Source of the DNA: Candidatus Bathyarchaeota archaeon
GTDB taxonomy: Archaea > Thermoproteota > Bathyarchaeia > 40CM-2-53-6
NCBI GenBank assembly: GCA_963733055.1
Contig: CAVTBR010000001.1
Span: 96,001-160,000 of the forward strand
DNA length: 64,000 nucleotides
Direction of reading: 5' to 3'
The position numbers were made by a program, and so were the translations under genes. Below the pieces are notes generated by a model that was given only the letters and a program-made list of their open reading frames with translations, did no database searches and had not been told where the DNA came from. Shown piece after piece: positions 54,843 to 64,000 of the stretch; the stretch's first letter is position 1, and the number at the start of each line of letters is the position of its first letter.

Positions 54843-56259
54843 TCACGCGGTCGATGGTGGCGCGCTGTTGAAGATTTGTTCATAAATTTCAGCCTGCCTA
54901 CACTTCGGACAGAGCCTGATCACATCTTCGCTGCTTTCGATCATGCCAGAAACCTTCTTGAACATTTTCATGGAGATGTATGGAGTCTTGCATCTCGTAC
55001 AAGGAACCAGTTCATCTTTGTAGACAGTTTTTGTTGATAGCATGATTGGCCCATCCATTTGGGACAGCGTTATGGCATGTTCCGGACAGATTCTTGCGCA
55101 ATATCCACATCCTGTGCACTCTTCCGATGTGAAATCAAGTCTATCCTGTTGGATTGCGAGGGCTCGGTGGGGGCAGGATTCTACACACGCGTAACAGAGT
55201 GTGCATGAGTCGGCTATGTCCATCGTTGTTAGTTCCAAGCCTGATGCTTGTGCTTGCCTCTTTGATATCGATTCTAGAGAGACGACATAATCCTTCCACG
55301 CACTTCCCGTTGGGCTAAATGACGTGTCACGGGCTCGAACGGATTTGTGAATCTCGTTCATCTTCTCCAGCGTCAAGCGTTCCCTCGACGTAGGCCACGA
55401 TGGGCCCGTGTTCATCTAGAATTGATGAGACCTGGTTTGCTGCACGCTTTGCGTTTTCTTTGGCAGCGCACAATCCATCTGCGCAATGGACTAACACCGC
55501 ATCCAGTGAGGAATTCGCAGCCAACGCGAGTTGCCTGACACCCATGACTCCAACTCCTGGCACCTCTTCTACAACAGTCCACGGAGGCGGTGTTATGCTT
55601 CGTTTGTCACAGGTTACTATGAGCGTTTTCGTAGGCGCCGAAGAGGACCGTATTGCCGTTAGCAAGCCACGATAGGCGTCTTCTGAGAATTGTGGAATCT
55701 GGATAGCTGCCACCGGGCAGACACCCGCGCATAACCCGCACCTTATGCAGGCCTCACTCGAAACAGTTACCGAATCAGATTCGATCTTCAGAGCACCGGG
55801 CGCTGGACATGCATCAACGCACTTCGAGCAGCCGAACTTAGCTTCGCACGACTCGTCTACTACGATCGGTGTGTCGCTTGGGCTTGGAGAGTTGCCCCGC
55901 AATGGTAGGAAAAGAAGTTCTCGTCTTGAGATAACTTGCTTGCGCGGAGCCTCTCTCTTCGCGAATACCTTGTCTGACTTCGTGAGTCTGCCCAACTTTG
56001 CATCTACTAAGAAGAGTGCCTCCTCTAACGTAGCCGTCCTCTGCACCACGATTGTTTCCTTTAGAGGTGCATCTATCTCCCGTGTCGACGGTGACGCGTT
56101 TCTTATCAGGAGCACGGCTTGGGGGTCAGTGTCTGAGGAGAAATTGATGTTGTTGGTTTCGTCGTAGACGACTGCTTCGCTCCAATTGGAACGAATGTGC
56201 GCCGCTATATTCTCTCTGAGTGCCGGTTCCAAATCAGTAATGTAAACGGTCGCCCTCAT
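54843..56259 (-). CDS. Multi-[4Fe-4S] polyferredoxin-like maturation protein, frameshift near 55375
   Basis: ISRRELL, CSKCVDACP, CIRCGLCAGVCP in one ORF; CTLCYACVESCP, CTGCGYCARICP, CTRC, CPKC in the overlapping ORF. Confidence 0.8.
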
Positions 56260-56897
56260 TCGGAGCTGCTTCCCAGGTAATCTGATTCATTCTTGAGGAA
56301 TGATTCCAATAATCCTGCTGCTGCACGGTAGAAGGATGAATTTGTCGATTTAAGAACGCAGTCTGCAAACCTATCAACCCAATTTTCGAGGTGTTCCTTT
56401 AGAAATTCCTGTTCCATCTTCCTTCTTCTTGCGGATTCTTGCGGGTTACCTTGCTGAATGGATTTGAGTTCCTCCGCGCAAAGAAAATGCATGAATTCCA
56501 TCTCGACGGCTATGTGGTCTGGCAAATCGCTGAAATTCTTGGGAAGTACAAGGCCCGCTTCTGCATACTTGTGTCGTACGTCGGCGGCCGACGGACCCAT
56601 TACCAGCCCCTTCTCCATTATCGGCCTGTCCTGCCGGTATACGGATTCGTATGGAGGACATGGAACCTTTCCTGGGCCGACGAACAATCTAAGATGTTCT
56701 TTGCTGAGGTTCTCTGTGGGCAGGTCCGGCTCTTTGGGAGCGGGCTGGTCGTTTAGGTGCAGCGAATGGTATGCTTCTAAGACAGCCTCGTATAGCCGTC
56801 CGGATTCCGTTCTTGGAGTAGAGAAGGCAAGGGTGAGTATACCGTACACGTTAGCTCTGAACTCGCTCTCTTCGGTTACTTTAAGACTCATCGTCAC
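56256..56897 (-). CDS. TorD/DmsD family molybdoenzyme chaperone
   Basis: LFVGP...PPYESVY...PDHIAVEMEFM...FLKEHL..W. Confidence 0.93.
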   Translation of the reverse strand: MTMSLKVTEESEFRANVYGILTLAFSTPRTESGRLYEAVLEAYHSLHLNDQPAPKEPDLPTENLSKEHLRLFVGPGKVPCPPYESVYRQDRPIMEKGLVMGPSAADVRHKYAEAGLVLPKNFSDLPDHIAVEMEFMHFLCAEELKSIQQGNPQESARRRKMEQEFLKEHLENWVDRFADCVLKSTNSSFYRAAAGLLESFLKNESDYLGSSSE

Positions 56898-56933
56898 CCT
56901 GCCCCCTGTTTCTACGATAATGTAACCCGTGGG

Positions 56934-57230
56934 TTACGGTAGTATAAGCGAGCCTATGGATGTTATCACGACGAAGACAGCGAGGTAGCCAACTATGAGC
57001 AACACCAACCATATGACGTAGTTCTTGAGGTGTAGCGTGTTTGCGAGCGCTGCCGAGAGCAGCACAATTATTCCCAACAACCAGAGTAGCGGTGCCCAAA
57101 GCACTCCTGTGCTTGCGAGTGGGATTGTCACTACGGGATTCGTTGAGTCTCCCAAGACCCAAAGCGCGACGCCAGCAATTACCAACAGCAGACCGAGGAG
57201 GCCGATTGCGATGGTCCTACCACTTGTCAA
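56934..57230 (-). CDS. Small three-TM membrane protein in the molybdoenzyme operon
   Basis: 98 aa, almost entirely hydrophobic; starts 4 nt after the NrfD stop. Confidence 0.75.
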   Translation of the reverse strand: MTSGRTIAIGLLGLLLVIAGVALWVLGDSTNPVVTIPLASTGVLWAPLLWLLGIIVLLSAALANTLHLKNYVIWLVLLIVGYLAVFVVITSIGSLILP

Positions 57231-57233
57231 CTT

Positions 57234-58553
57234 CTATTCCCTCACAACATCCAATTCGATGATTGGAAACATTTTGACGAATAACACATACAGTAGAGCT
57301 GCCATCCAGAAAGTACCCAAGATGATGGATGCTTCGGTTACCGTTGGAATGTAAATGCCGGTTTGATACAGTGGTGGATTGAGTAGCGAGGGTACTACAA
57401 TTGTGAATCGTTTTATCCAGAAAGCGATGTTCAGAATTATTGATGCAACAAAGGTTAGCGTGGCGCTGAATGTTCGTTTCGCGAAGACCGGTTTGAGCAG
57501 GATTATTGCAGGTATTCCAAATCCTATAATTGCCATCGGCCAGAAGATTATGGCGTAGGGGCCGCTCCACAAGAAGTCGGAGACTTTCAGTTCGTCAGAT
57601 GGGCCCATGTAGCTTGTCGTTAGTACTTCCGCGATCCAGAGGTAGATGTATATGATTAGCACATTTCTGAGAGCCCACGAGATTCCTCTCAGGACTTCAT
57701 CAGTGATCAATGACTGCCATTTGTAGAGCCATCTGAATATCCACGCCAATGAGTAAACTGCAGCGACACCGCTAACGATTGCGCCGACTACGAAGTAGAT
57801 CGCGAATATCGTGGAGTACCAGCCTGATCTTGCAACCATTAGGCCGAAGACGAAGGAAACGACGCTGTGTACGGTGACCATTATTGGGATGATGGCGATT
57901 GCAAGCCACCACAAGGTCTGCGTGTGTCTCGCTTTGTCGGTTTCAGTTCCTTCGTAGTGCATGGCTAGGCGTTTGTAGAACCATTCCCGTTTCGGTAGCT
58001 TGTGAGCTAACTCGTCTATGTCGCCTCGTAAGCTGAGGTAGAGGTAGACGATTGTTGCCATGAAATATGTTGTAATTGCCGAGAGGTCCCATAGTAGGGG
58101 AGCTTGGAATCTGCCGAACTGTAGCAGGTTGAACAACCTATCTGGCCGTCCTACGTCAAAGACGATTGATAGTGCCGCCATCGGTAGTGCTACTAGAGTT
58201 AGAACTTCAGCCATTCGCACGACGACCTTGTACTTGTTTAAGCTCATGAGCCTGACGGAAGCTGAGATTGCTATTCCGGCGTGGCTTATTCCTATCCAGA
58301 AGATGAATGTGGTAACGTAGATGCCCCAAGGCGAACCACCGGCAACCCCATATGCCATGTAGTTGGGTGCGTTGTACACGCTACGCATACCAGTCACTAT
58401 GAGTCCTTCGCTTAGTTGTAGGTACCAGCAGTACAGGAACCACCCGGTTAACACCAGCAGGGCCCCGACGAAGACGTAAAATGCCGTACCTGTCGTGAGA
58501 AGCGGCTGTAGAAGCGACTTTTCGTCGACTTTCACGATGGAACCCTTCTTCAA
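57234..58553 (-). CDS. NrfD/PsrC family membrane anchor
   Basis: WGIYVTTFIFWIGISHAG, RMAE, DVGRPDR, APLLWD, VHSV. Confidence 0.93.
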   Translation of the reverse strand: MKKGSIVKVDEKSLLQPLLTTGTAFYVFVGALLVLTGWFLYCWYLQLSEGLIVTGMRSVYNAPNYMAYGVAGGSPWGIYVTTFIFWIGISHAGIAISASVRLMSLNKYKVVVRMAEVLTLVALPMAALSIVFDVGRPDRLFNLLQFGRFQAPLLWDLSAITTYFMATIVYLYLSLRGDIDELAHKLPKREWFYKRLAMHYEGTETDKARHTQTLWWLAIAIIPIMVTVHSVVSFVFGLMVARSGWYSTIFAIYFVVGAIVSGVAAVYSLAWIFRWLYKWQSLITDEVLRGISWALRNVLIIYIYLWIAEVLTTSYMGPSDELKVSDFLWSGPYAIIFWPMAIIGFGIPAIILLKPVFAKRTFSATLTFVASIILNIAFWIKRFTIVVPSLLNPPLYQTGIYIPTVTEASIILGTFWMAALLYVLFVKMFPIIELDVVRE

Positions 58554-59218
58554 GTAGCGCTTACCTCCTGAGGCCTCGTAGGATTACGAGGTGGAATGTA
58601 ATACACGGAAGGCTCTGTGCCTAACTCTTCGCGAAGCCTGGTTGTGGGTCTCGTTTGGATTATTTGTGAGACTTGGCTGTTCGGGTCGTCGAGGTCGCCG
58701 AAGAAACGTGCGCCCGCAGGACAAACTTCTATGCAAGCGGGTGTGAGGTTCCCTACGTCGACTCTCTGGAAGCAGAACGTACACTTTTCGGCAACGCCAA
58801 CTGGTCTCACGGGAACCGCTGGATTTCCTAGCTGGAATTGGGAGTTGGGTGGGGCTTGGACTGGAGGCTTCCAGTTGAACGCGGGGATACCGTATGGGCA
58901 GGCGACTAGGCAGTAACGGCAACCGATGCACCTGTCCCAATCAAGGAACACAATCGCATCGTCGCGTTTTCGAAGGGCGCCTACTGGGCATACCTTAACA
59001 CAAGGCGCGTTGTCGCAGTGTTGACAATTGATCGGCAGATAGGTCATTCTTACATCCGGATAAGTGCCCGAAGGCGTGTCCATCTCTTTACCACCGGTAG
59101 TTAAGATACGGTTCCACCATATCCCGATGGGCTCGTTGTTCTCCGCTTTACAGCCGAGGGCGCATGTCCAGCAACCTAAGCATCTGCTCAGGTCGATTAC
59201 CATCGTTAGTTTTGTCAT
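58550..59218 (-). CDS. Four-cluster Fe-S subunit (DmsB/NrfC/PsrB family)
   Basis: CLGCWTCALGC, CQHCDNAPCVKVCP, CIGCRYCLVACPY, KCTFC, PACIEVCP. Confidence 0.95.
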   Translation of the reverse strand: MTKLTMVIDLSRCLGCWTCALGCKAENNEPIGIWWNRILTTGGKEMDTPSGTYPDVRMTYLPINCQHCDNAPCVKVCPVGALRKRDDAIVFLDWDRCIGCRYCLVACPYGIPAFNWKPPVQAPPNSQFQLGNPAVPVRPVGVAEKCTFCFQRVDVGNLTPACIEVCPAGARFFGDLDDPNSQVSQIIQTRPTTRLREELGTEPSVYYIPPRNPTRPQEVSAT

Positions 59219-59229
59219 TTCATCTCACC

Positions 59230-61725
59230 TTATGATTTTTTCACTTCTGCCAGACAATCGTAATATGCGGTGTTAGATTGGAAGAGGAACACGACGGATT
59301 GTGCGGGGTTAATTTTCTGGTGCGTGAGCATGTTTACTGTAGCGGTAGGGAATTCTTGCCAATCGCCTTGGTATGCGTTGATAACCCCAGGTCTGATACC
59401 ACTGGTTACTCGAGCTAGGATCTGAATTGAACCACGATCGTTGAACACCGTCACCGTATCGCCGTCATTGATTCCCCTAGCTTGAGCGTCAATCGGGTTT
59501 ATTTCAACAAAGGACTTGGGAATGATTTCTCGGAGCCATGGTAAGTTGTCCCATTGAGTGTGAGTTCTGAACTTTGTATGCGCCGTCAGGAAGACGAGCG
59601 GATATTTTTGGTAGAGTGGATTAGTCGGCGAAGCTTCAATCGGTTCATTGTAGATTGGGAGAGGCATTGAGTAAGGGACGAGGGATTCAGTGTAGAATTC
59701 TATTCTTCCTGACGGGGTAGGGAAGTGTTGTTGGTAGTACGGGACGTATGGAAGCGTGATGGGTTGGAATGAAGCGGTTCCAAAGTCTTTGGGTGTCAAT
59801 GCGACGACTCCTTCGCTCTTCAACGTATCCAACGTTAAGCCGGATGGAAGGCCGCTGAGCAATAGGCTAAGGTAGTCGTCGGGGGTTTTGTCGAAGTAGT
59901 TCCCCTGTCCCATCTTCTGGGCGACCTCGGCGAACATGTCAAGGTCGGATTTGCATTCCCAGAGTGGGTCGATTATTTTCGGCATGTACTGGAAGTAGTA
60001 GTTGCCTCCAGGGAGCATGTCCTCTCTCTCGTATTGCGTGGCGCATGGGAGAACTATGTCGGCGTACTGAGCCGTCGGACTCAGGAACATGTCTGAGACT
60101 ACGACGAAATCAAGCGCCTTTAGCGCCGCGATCGTGCGATTGGTATCTCCCTGTTGGTTGACGAAATTGTCTACTGGGAACCAAGCGGCTTTGATCGGGA
60201 ATGGTTTGCCTGTTTCCACCGTGGCGCAGAACGAAAGTGGAGGAAGGTACGTGTACGCCTTCTTGTCGGGGTTCAACCAGTCAGGAAGATCTAAGGCAGC
60301 ATCGAGAAGAGCGCCGTTGTAAGTTGTGACGCCTCCGCCATGTATTCCTATGTAGCCGCATATGGCGGAGAGTGTTATCATGGCCCTGTAGGTCAAGTCG
60401 CCGTAGTACCAATGTGATATTCCTCCGAAACCCGCTTTGATTGCCGCGGGAGACCTGGTCGCGAATTCCTTCGCGAGGTTCTCGATTGTGGACGCAGGGA
60501 TCCCCGTTATTTTCTCCGCTTCCGAAGGGGGGTACTGGCTCACCAAGTCGACGAGCAATTGAAAGGCGGGTTTGCACGTGGTTCCCGCAGCGGTGAATGA
60601 GCCTGCAAGAGCGGGGGTTATGCCGCTTTGATCATAAGGTACAATTGATTTGCTATTCGAATCATATACCATGTACTTAGTTGAGCTTCCGGCCGTCACC
60701 ACGTCTTTTTGCCTGAGAAAGAGCTGCGTATCTTGACGAACCAAGAATGGAGCAACGGTGTAGTTCGTCACATAATCTACATTGTGGAGCTGCTCGTTTA
60801 TGATCACATTAATCATGCTGAGCGCTAGCGCCCCGTCGGTTCCGGGACGAATGGAAATCCACTGGTCGGAGAGAGTTGCGGTAGAGGTGAATCTTGGGTC
60901 GATGTTGACTACTTTCGCTGTTGTGCCGTTCGGGTTCAGCTGGGTTACTCCTTCGGAGGTAATGGTGCCTTCTCGTGCGTCGAGGACGAATCGCATGTCC
61001 GGCACGTCAGTTTCTGCTAGATTGTTCCCCCAGAGGATGATCATACGTGAATTTCGTAAATCTGAGAGATCGTGACCGTCGAACGATCCTAAGATCTCAT
61101 TTGCGCCACACGGGCTAGCCGAGTCACCCTCATTGTCTCCTTCAAAGTCCCCGGCGCTCGCGCCTATCACACTCGCGAACCTGTAACCGGCGCCGATTAC
61201 CCCGTTTAACGCGGAGAGGCTTCCCGTGTAAGGTGCGATGTAGACCGCCGTCGGACCATACTTCTGGGCGGTTTCCATGAATTTGGTTGCGATCGTGGTT
61301 GTTGCTTCATCCCACGATATCTGTTCCCACTGCCCACTTCCGCGTGGGCCGACGCTTTTCATGGGATACTTCAGTCGGTCCGGGTGGTAGACGTATTGAA
61401 TGTTAGAGATCCCGCGCAAGCACACTCTTGGCGGAAAATTGGGGTCGTTGAATGTCGCGTTACTTATCCTCGTAATGTTACCGTCAATCACCGTAACCGA
61501 TAACCCGCAGGACCCGTCGCAATTGTTGCAGTGCGCGGTTCTGAAAATCTGAGGTATACTGCTCGCGTTGGCGAGCGGAATCTTGGACGACACTCGCTGT
61601 AAAGCGTTCAGAACAATACCGTCTGAAGATACTGAGCCGTATGCAAATAGCCCGCCCGTGATTGCAGATAGTTTGAGAAAGTCTCGTCGATCCAGTCTAG
61701 GTCCTGAATTCCTAGGTTTAGCCAA
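59230..61725 (-). CDS. Tat-exported Mo/W-bisPGD oxidoreductase catalytic subunit (DMSO reductase superfamily)
   Basis: DRRDFLK, AHCNNCDGSC...VCLRG, DRLKYPM, ISWDEA, RPGTDGA, ADIVLP, TPSGRIEF, DAQARGINDGD. Confidence 0.95.
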   Translation of the reverse strand: MAKPRNSGPRLDRRDFLKLSAITGGLFAYGSVSSDGIVLNALQRVSSKIPLANASSIPQIFRTAHCNNCDGSCGLSVTVIDGNITRISNATFNDPNFPPRVCLRGISNIQYVYHPDRLKYPMKSVGPRGSGQWEQISWDEATTTIATKFMETAQKYGPTAVYIAPYTGSLSALNGVIGAGYRFASVIGASAGDFEGDNEGDSASPCGANEILGSFDGHDLSDLRNSRMIILWGNNLAETDVPDMRFVLDAREGTITSEGVTQLNPNGTTAKVVNIDPRFTSTATLSDQWISIRPGTDGALALSMINVIINEQLHNVDYVTNYTVAPFLVRQDTQLFLRQKDVVTAGSSTKYMVYDSNSKSIVPYDQSGITPALAGSFTAAGTTCKPAFQLLVDLVSQYPPSEAEKITGIPASTIENLAKEFATRSPAAIKAGFGGISHWYYGDLTYRAMITLSAICGYIGIHGGGVTTYNGALLDAALDLPDWLNPDKKAYTYLPPLSFCATVETGKPFPIKAAWFPVDNFVNQQGDTNRTIAALKALDFVVVSDMFLSPTAQYADIVLPCATQYEREDMLPGGNYYFQYMPKIIDPLWECKSDLDMFAEVAQKMGQGNYFDKTPDDYLSLLLSGLPSGLTLDTLKSEGVVALTPKDFGTASFQPITLPYVPYYQQHFPTPSGRIEFYTESLVPYSMPLPIYNEPIEASPTNPLYQKYPLVFLTAHTKFRTHTQWDNLPWLREIIPKSFVEINPIDAQARGINDGDTVTVFNDRGSIQILARVTSGIRPGVINAYQGDWQEFPTATVNMLTHQKINPAQSVVFLFQSNTAYYDCLAEVKKS

Positions 61726-61990
61726 CGCGAATACCTAACCCGAAGGGACGCGGAGAATGCGTTAAGAGACCTCTGCACTCATTCTACATACGACTATGTT
61801 CTAGTACCGACGGTAACACAACCCATACGAATTTGTTGTGCAATTTGTTTGAAATAGTTACCGCGTGGAAGCGCACACAACGGCAACCGAATCGTAGTCG
61901 GCCCGCAACTTGAACTCTCGAGAAAAATAGAAGAAGCCGTATCTTGAATGAAACTATGATGACCTCGTCACCGCCAGGCAGGCACGGAGT

Positions 61991-62614
61991 ATGAGTTCAC
62001 CCCACAAAATAGGCGAAGGGCTAGGGGCAGTAATCCTCGCGGGCGGCAAAGCAACTCGGCTTCCCAACAAATGCTTGAGGTCAGTTGGCGGGAAGGAACT
62101 CGTTCTCCACGTTTTCGAGAGAGTCTCAATGGCAGTTTCGGAAATTGTGGTAGTCGGAAAAACCGTCCAGGACGTTATCCGCCTTCAGCAAGTCCTCCCC
62201 GCCGGTCAAATTATTCACGATGACTCGTTGGCCCAGAGCCCTTTGGTAGGCTTACTCTGCGGATTGCGCGCACTTCGGACCGAGTATGTGTTCGCAGCTG
62301 GTTGCGACATGCCTTTGCTAGAGCCGCAAATCATTCGCTCTCTTCACGCCAAAGCCTTAGGACAAGACGCCGCCATTCCATACTCGAACGGAAAACTCGA
62401 ACCATTATGCGCCGTCTACAAACGAGCTAGCGCTGTGAATGCTGCTTCAAACTGTCTACAAGGTAAACGTACGAGCATCCTAGAGATGGTCAGAGAGCTG
62501 AGGGACATCATCCGGGTTAGCAAGGAGGATCTTCGAAATCATGACCCCCGCCTCCTGAGCTTCATTAACATAAATACCGAGGATGACCTGAAAAATGCGG
62601 AAGCGTTCCTATAG
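61991..62614 (+). CDS. mobA: Molybdenum cofactor guanylyltransferase
   Basis: ILAGGKATR, SPLVG, GCDMP, EPLCAVY, NINT.DD. Confidence 0.93.
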   Translation: MSSPHKIGEGLGAVILAGGKATRLPNKCLRSVGGKELVLHVFERVSMAVSEIVVVGKTVQDVIRLQQVLPAGQIIHDDSLAQSPLVGLLCGLRALRTEYVFAAGCDMPLLEPQIIRSLHAKALGQDAAIPYSNGKLEPLCAVYKRASAVNAASNCLQGKRTSILEMVRELRDIIRVSKEDLRNHDPRLLSFININTEDDLKNAEAFL

Positions 62615-62632
62615 CAACGCGATCCACAGCAG

Positions 62633-63127
62633 CTAGCGAAAAATCTCTCTCCCTGTCTTTTTGTTGGGTAAATTTAGGTTCAAGTACCAAAAGAGTACGT
62701 TCTCCTCTCTTGAAAAATGTCCATGCAACAACAGATTCAGCTTCAGGATAGCGCTTTTCTCGCCGTGGCTGATTTGATCGAACACCTGCCGCATTAGATC
62801 TCTGATCTCTTCGTGCTCTAACCTTATCCCTTCAGACACGCAGGCATCTAGGTAACGTTGCAGAAGAGGAAACAAAACACGCTCCTCTATTGTGCGATGT
62901 TGAATAAACAGCTCTTCAAGACGATTGACGTGTTCGAGTAGCTTCGGATTACTTCTGAACCCAACATGCTTGGAGGCATTCGTCAGTAGATCCATTTGTC
63001 GTCTCATGTCATCGTGATCGCTTTGAAGCTCGAAGAGTACCCTGCGATTCTCATCGCAGTCGGCTCTCAAATTCCTCTCTACGCCAAGACGATTCTTGGA
63101 ATTCGGTAAGTCACTTAGACCTTTCAA
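62633..63127 (-). CDS. Hemerythrin/HHE cation-binding domain protein
   Basis: DH, HRTIEERVLFP, EH, HFSREENVLF. Confidence 0.85.
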   Translation of the reverse strand: MKGLSDLPNSKNRLGVERNLRADCDENRRVLFELQSDHDDMRRQMDLLTNASKHVGFRSNPKLLEHVNRLEELFIQHRTIEERVLFPLLQRYLDACVSEGIRLEHEEIRDLMRQVFDQISHGEKSAILKLNLLLHGHFSREENVLFWYLNLNLPNKKTGREIFR

Positions 63128-63255
63128 GCAACCCAGATTCTCCAGCCGTTGGAGTCTGTTTACGGAATTTCCGGCTTAGGACTTGCCCCTAACGGGTTCG
63201 GGCATACCCAAGAAATCCTATACGTTCGAATACGATTCTTCCTCTTGAATCAGTA

Positions 63256-63924
63256 ATGTTAGAAGCGGTTGTCAGCATCACCCCACCACACAGTTGGATT
63301 AAACGACTCACCAGCGAGTTTCCCGCTGTCATACGTGTATTGGACTGTCGAAGCCTACCTCACGGGAAAGGGGTTCAGGAGCTCTTCGAAATATCTAGCG
63401 CTCCCGAGAATTCAGAGAGGATTGTGGAACATCTTCGAGCGGACGCTTACGTGTACGACGTTGATATTGTGAAGGGCGAGCGCGGAAGAGTCGTTGGATC
63501 CCTCAAGACCCGTAAGTGTACCGCGTGTCGAACTTTCGCGGGTGCGAATTGCTTCCTAATCTCTGCCGCGAGTAAACCCGATGGGAGACTCGAATGGACA
63601 GTTCTAGGCAATGATACGGTAGTAAAGTCGTTAATGCACGAATTAGAGAAAGAAAACGTAACCGGAGAGGTCGTCAAGGTTTCGAAGTTAGAAGACGAGA
63701 AGCAGTTAACCGCGAGACAGGAGAATATTCTGCAGATTGCGCTGGAGAAGGGCTATTTTGAGTTTCCGAAGAAAATCACACTCCGCGAATTAGCGAAGAC
63801 GCTTGAAATCGCCCCCGCAACATTAACCGAGATCCTGAGGCGCGGACAGAAACGTGTGTTACAGGACCACTTCAAAGGCCACCCTTCGGTGCTGGGAAAA
63901 AGAACTTCCTCACACCTTTCTTGA
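63256..63924 (+). CDS. Bat-family (HTH_10) transcriptional regulator with Cys-containing N-terminal domain (DmsR-like)
   Basis: LTARQENILQIALEKGYFEFPKKITLRELAKTL...LRRG; LDC, CTAC, NC. Confidence 0.9.
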   Translation: MLEAVVSITPPHSWIKRLTSEFPAVIRVLDCRSLPHGKGVQELFEISSAPENSERIVEHLRADAYVYDVDIVKGERGRVVGSLKTRKCTACRTFAGANCFLISAASKPDGRLEWTVLGNDTVVKSLMHELEKENVTGEVVKVSKLEDEKQLTARQENILQIALEKGYFEFPKKITLRELAKTLEIAPATLTEILRRGQKRVLQDHFKGHPSVLGKRTSSHLS

Positions 63925-64000
63925 TTATCAGGACGGGTAATGACCTAACAAGTTAGGGTATATCGCTATTCGAAACCATGGAGAGACTCCCTTCCCGTGA

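Noticed and set aside
54621-55415. Programmed ribosomal frameshifting in tatA or the polyferredoxin
   Set aside because: No X-XXY-YYZ slippery heptamer or clear stimulatory structure at the shift sites, and four unrelated indels in 64 kb favour assembly error.
1-64000. CRISPR arrays, rRNA, IS elements, Sec/Pyl read-through
   Set aside because: No regularly spaced repeats, rRNA signatures or transposase motifs were seen, and no in-frame TGA/TAG interrupts a recognisable domain.
63978-64000. ATG-initiated frame at the window end
   Set aside because: Only seven codons are visible, so it cannot be called.

Overview
Archaeal chromosomal DNA, most consistent with Bathyarchaeia/TACK. This is an inference from an HMf-type histone, S17e, archaeosine TGT, a long Lsm, a TackOD1 protein, a tRNA with two BHB introns and very frequent TTG starts. 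Positions 1.4-17 kb form an accessory region behind tRNA-Ser(GCT). That tRNA has D-loop and T-loop introns, and degenerate, partly intron-less copies of its 3' end lie downstream. The region also holds a KaiC-like/STAND/TPR fusion, an ankyrin protein, a two-component/V4R signalling block and F420-type enzymes. At 15.3-16.2 kb is a mostly unannotated minus-strand microprotein cluster: an FYFFY leader whose codons can pair with the next SD, a 39-aa Tyr/Pro/Trp peptide, an 83-aa Pro/Tyr peptide and a 40-aa Zn ribbon. Positions 17-37 kb are mostly housekeeping (ECF transporter, IscA, histone, TatD, rps17e, fused FixAB plus FixCX, deoxyhypusine synthase, tgtA, Lsm, AK6). Positions 37-47 kb carry an amino-acid uptake/catabolism cluster with an uncharacterised nucleotidyltransferase, APC permease and metallophosphoesterase. 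Positions 47-52 kb carry surface/EPS genes. Positions 53-64 kb carry a Tat-exported molybdoenzyme operon (DmsABCD/Psr-like) with mobA, a mobB-FmdE fusion, tatA and a Bat-type regulator. Four genes have single frameshifts, probably assembly indels. No CRISPR array, rRNA, integrase or transposase was seen. All family calls are motif recognition by eye, not database searches.
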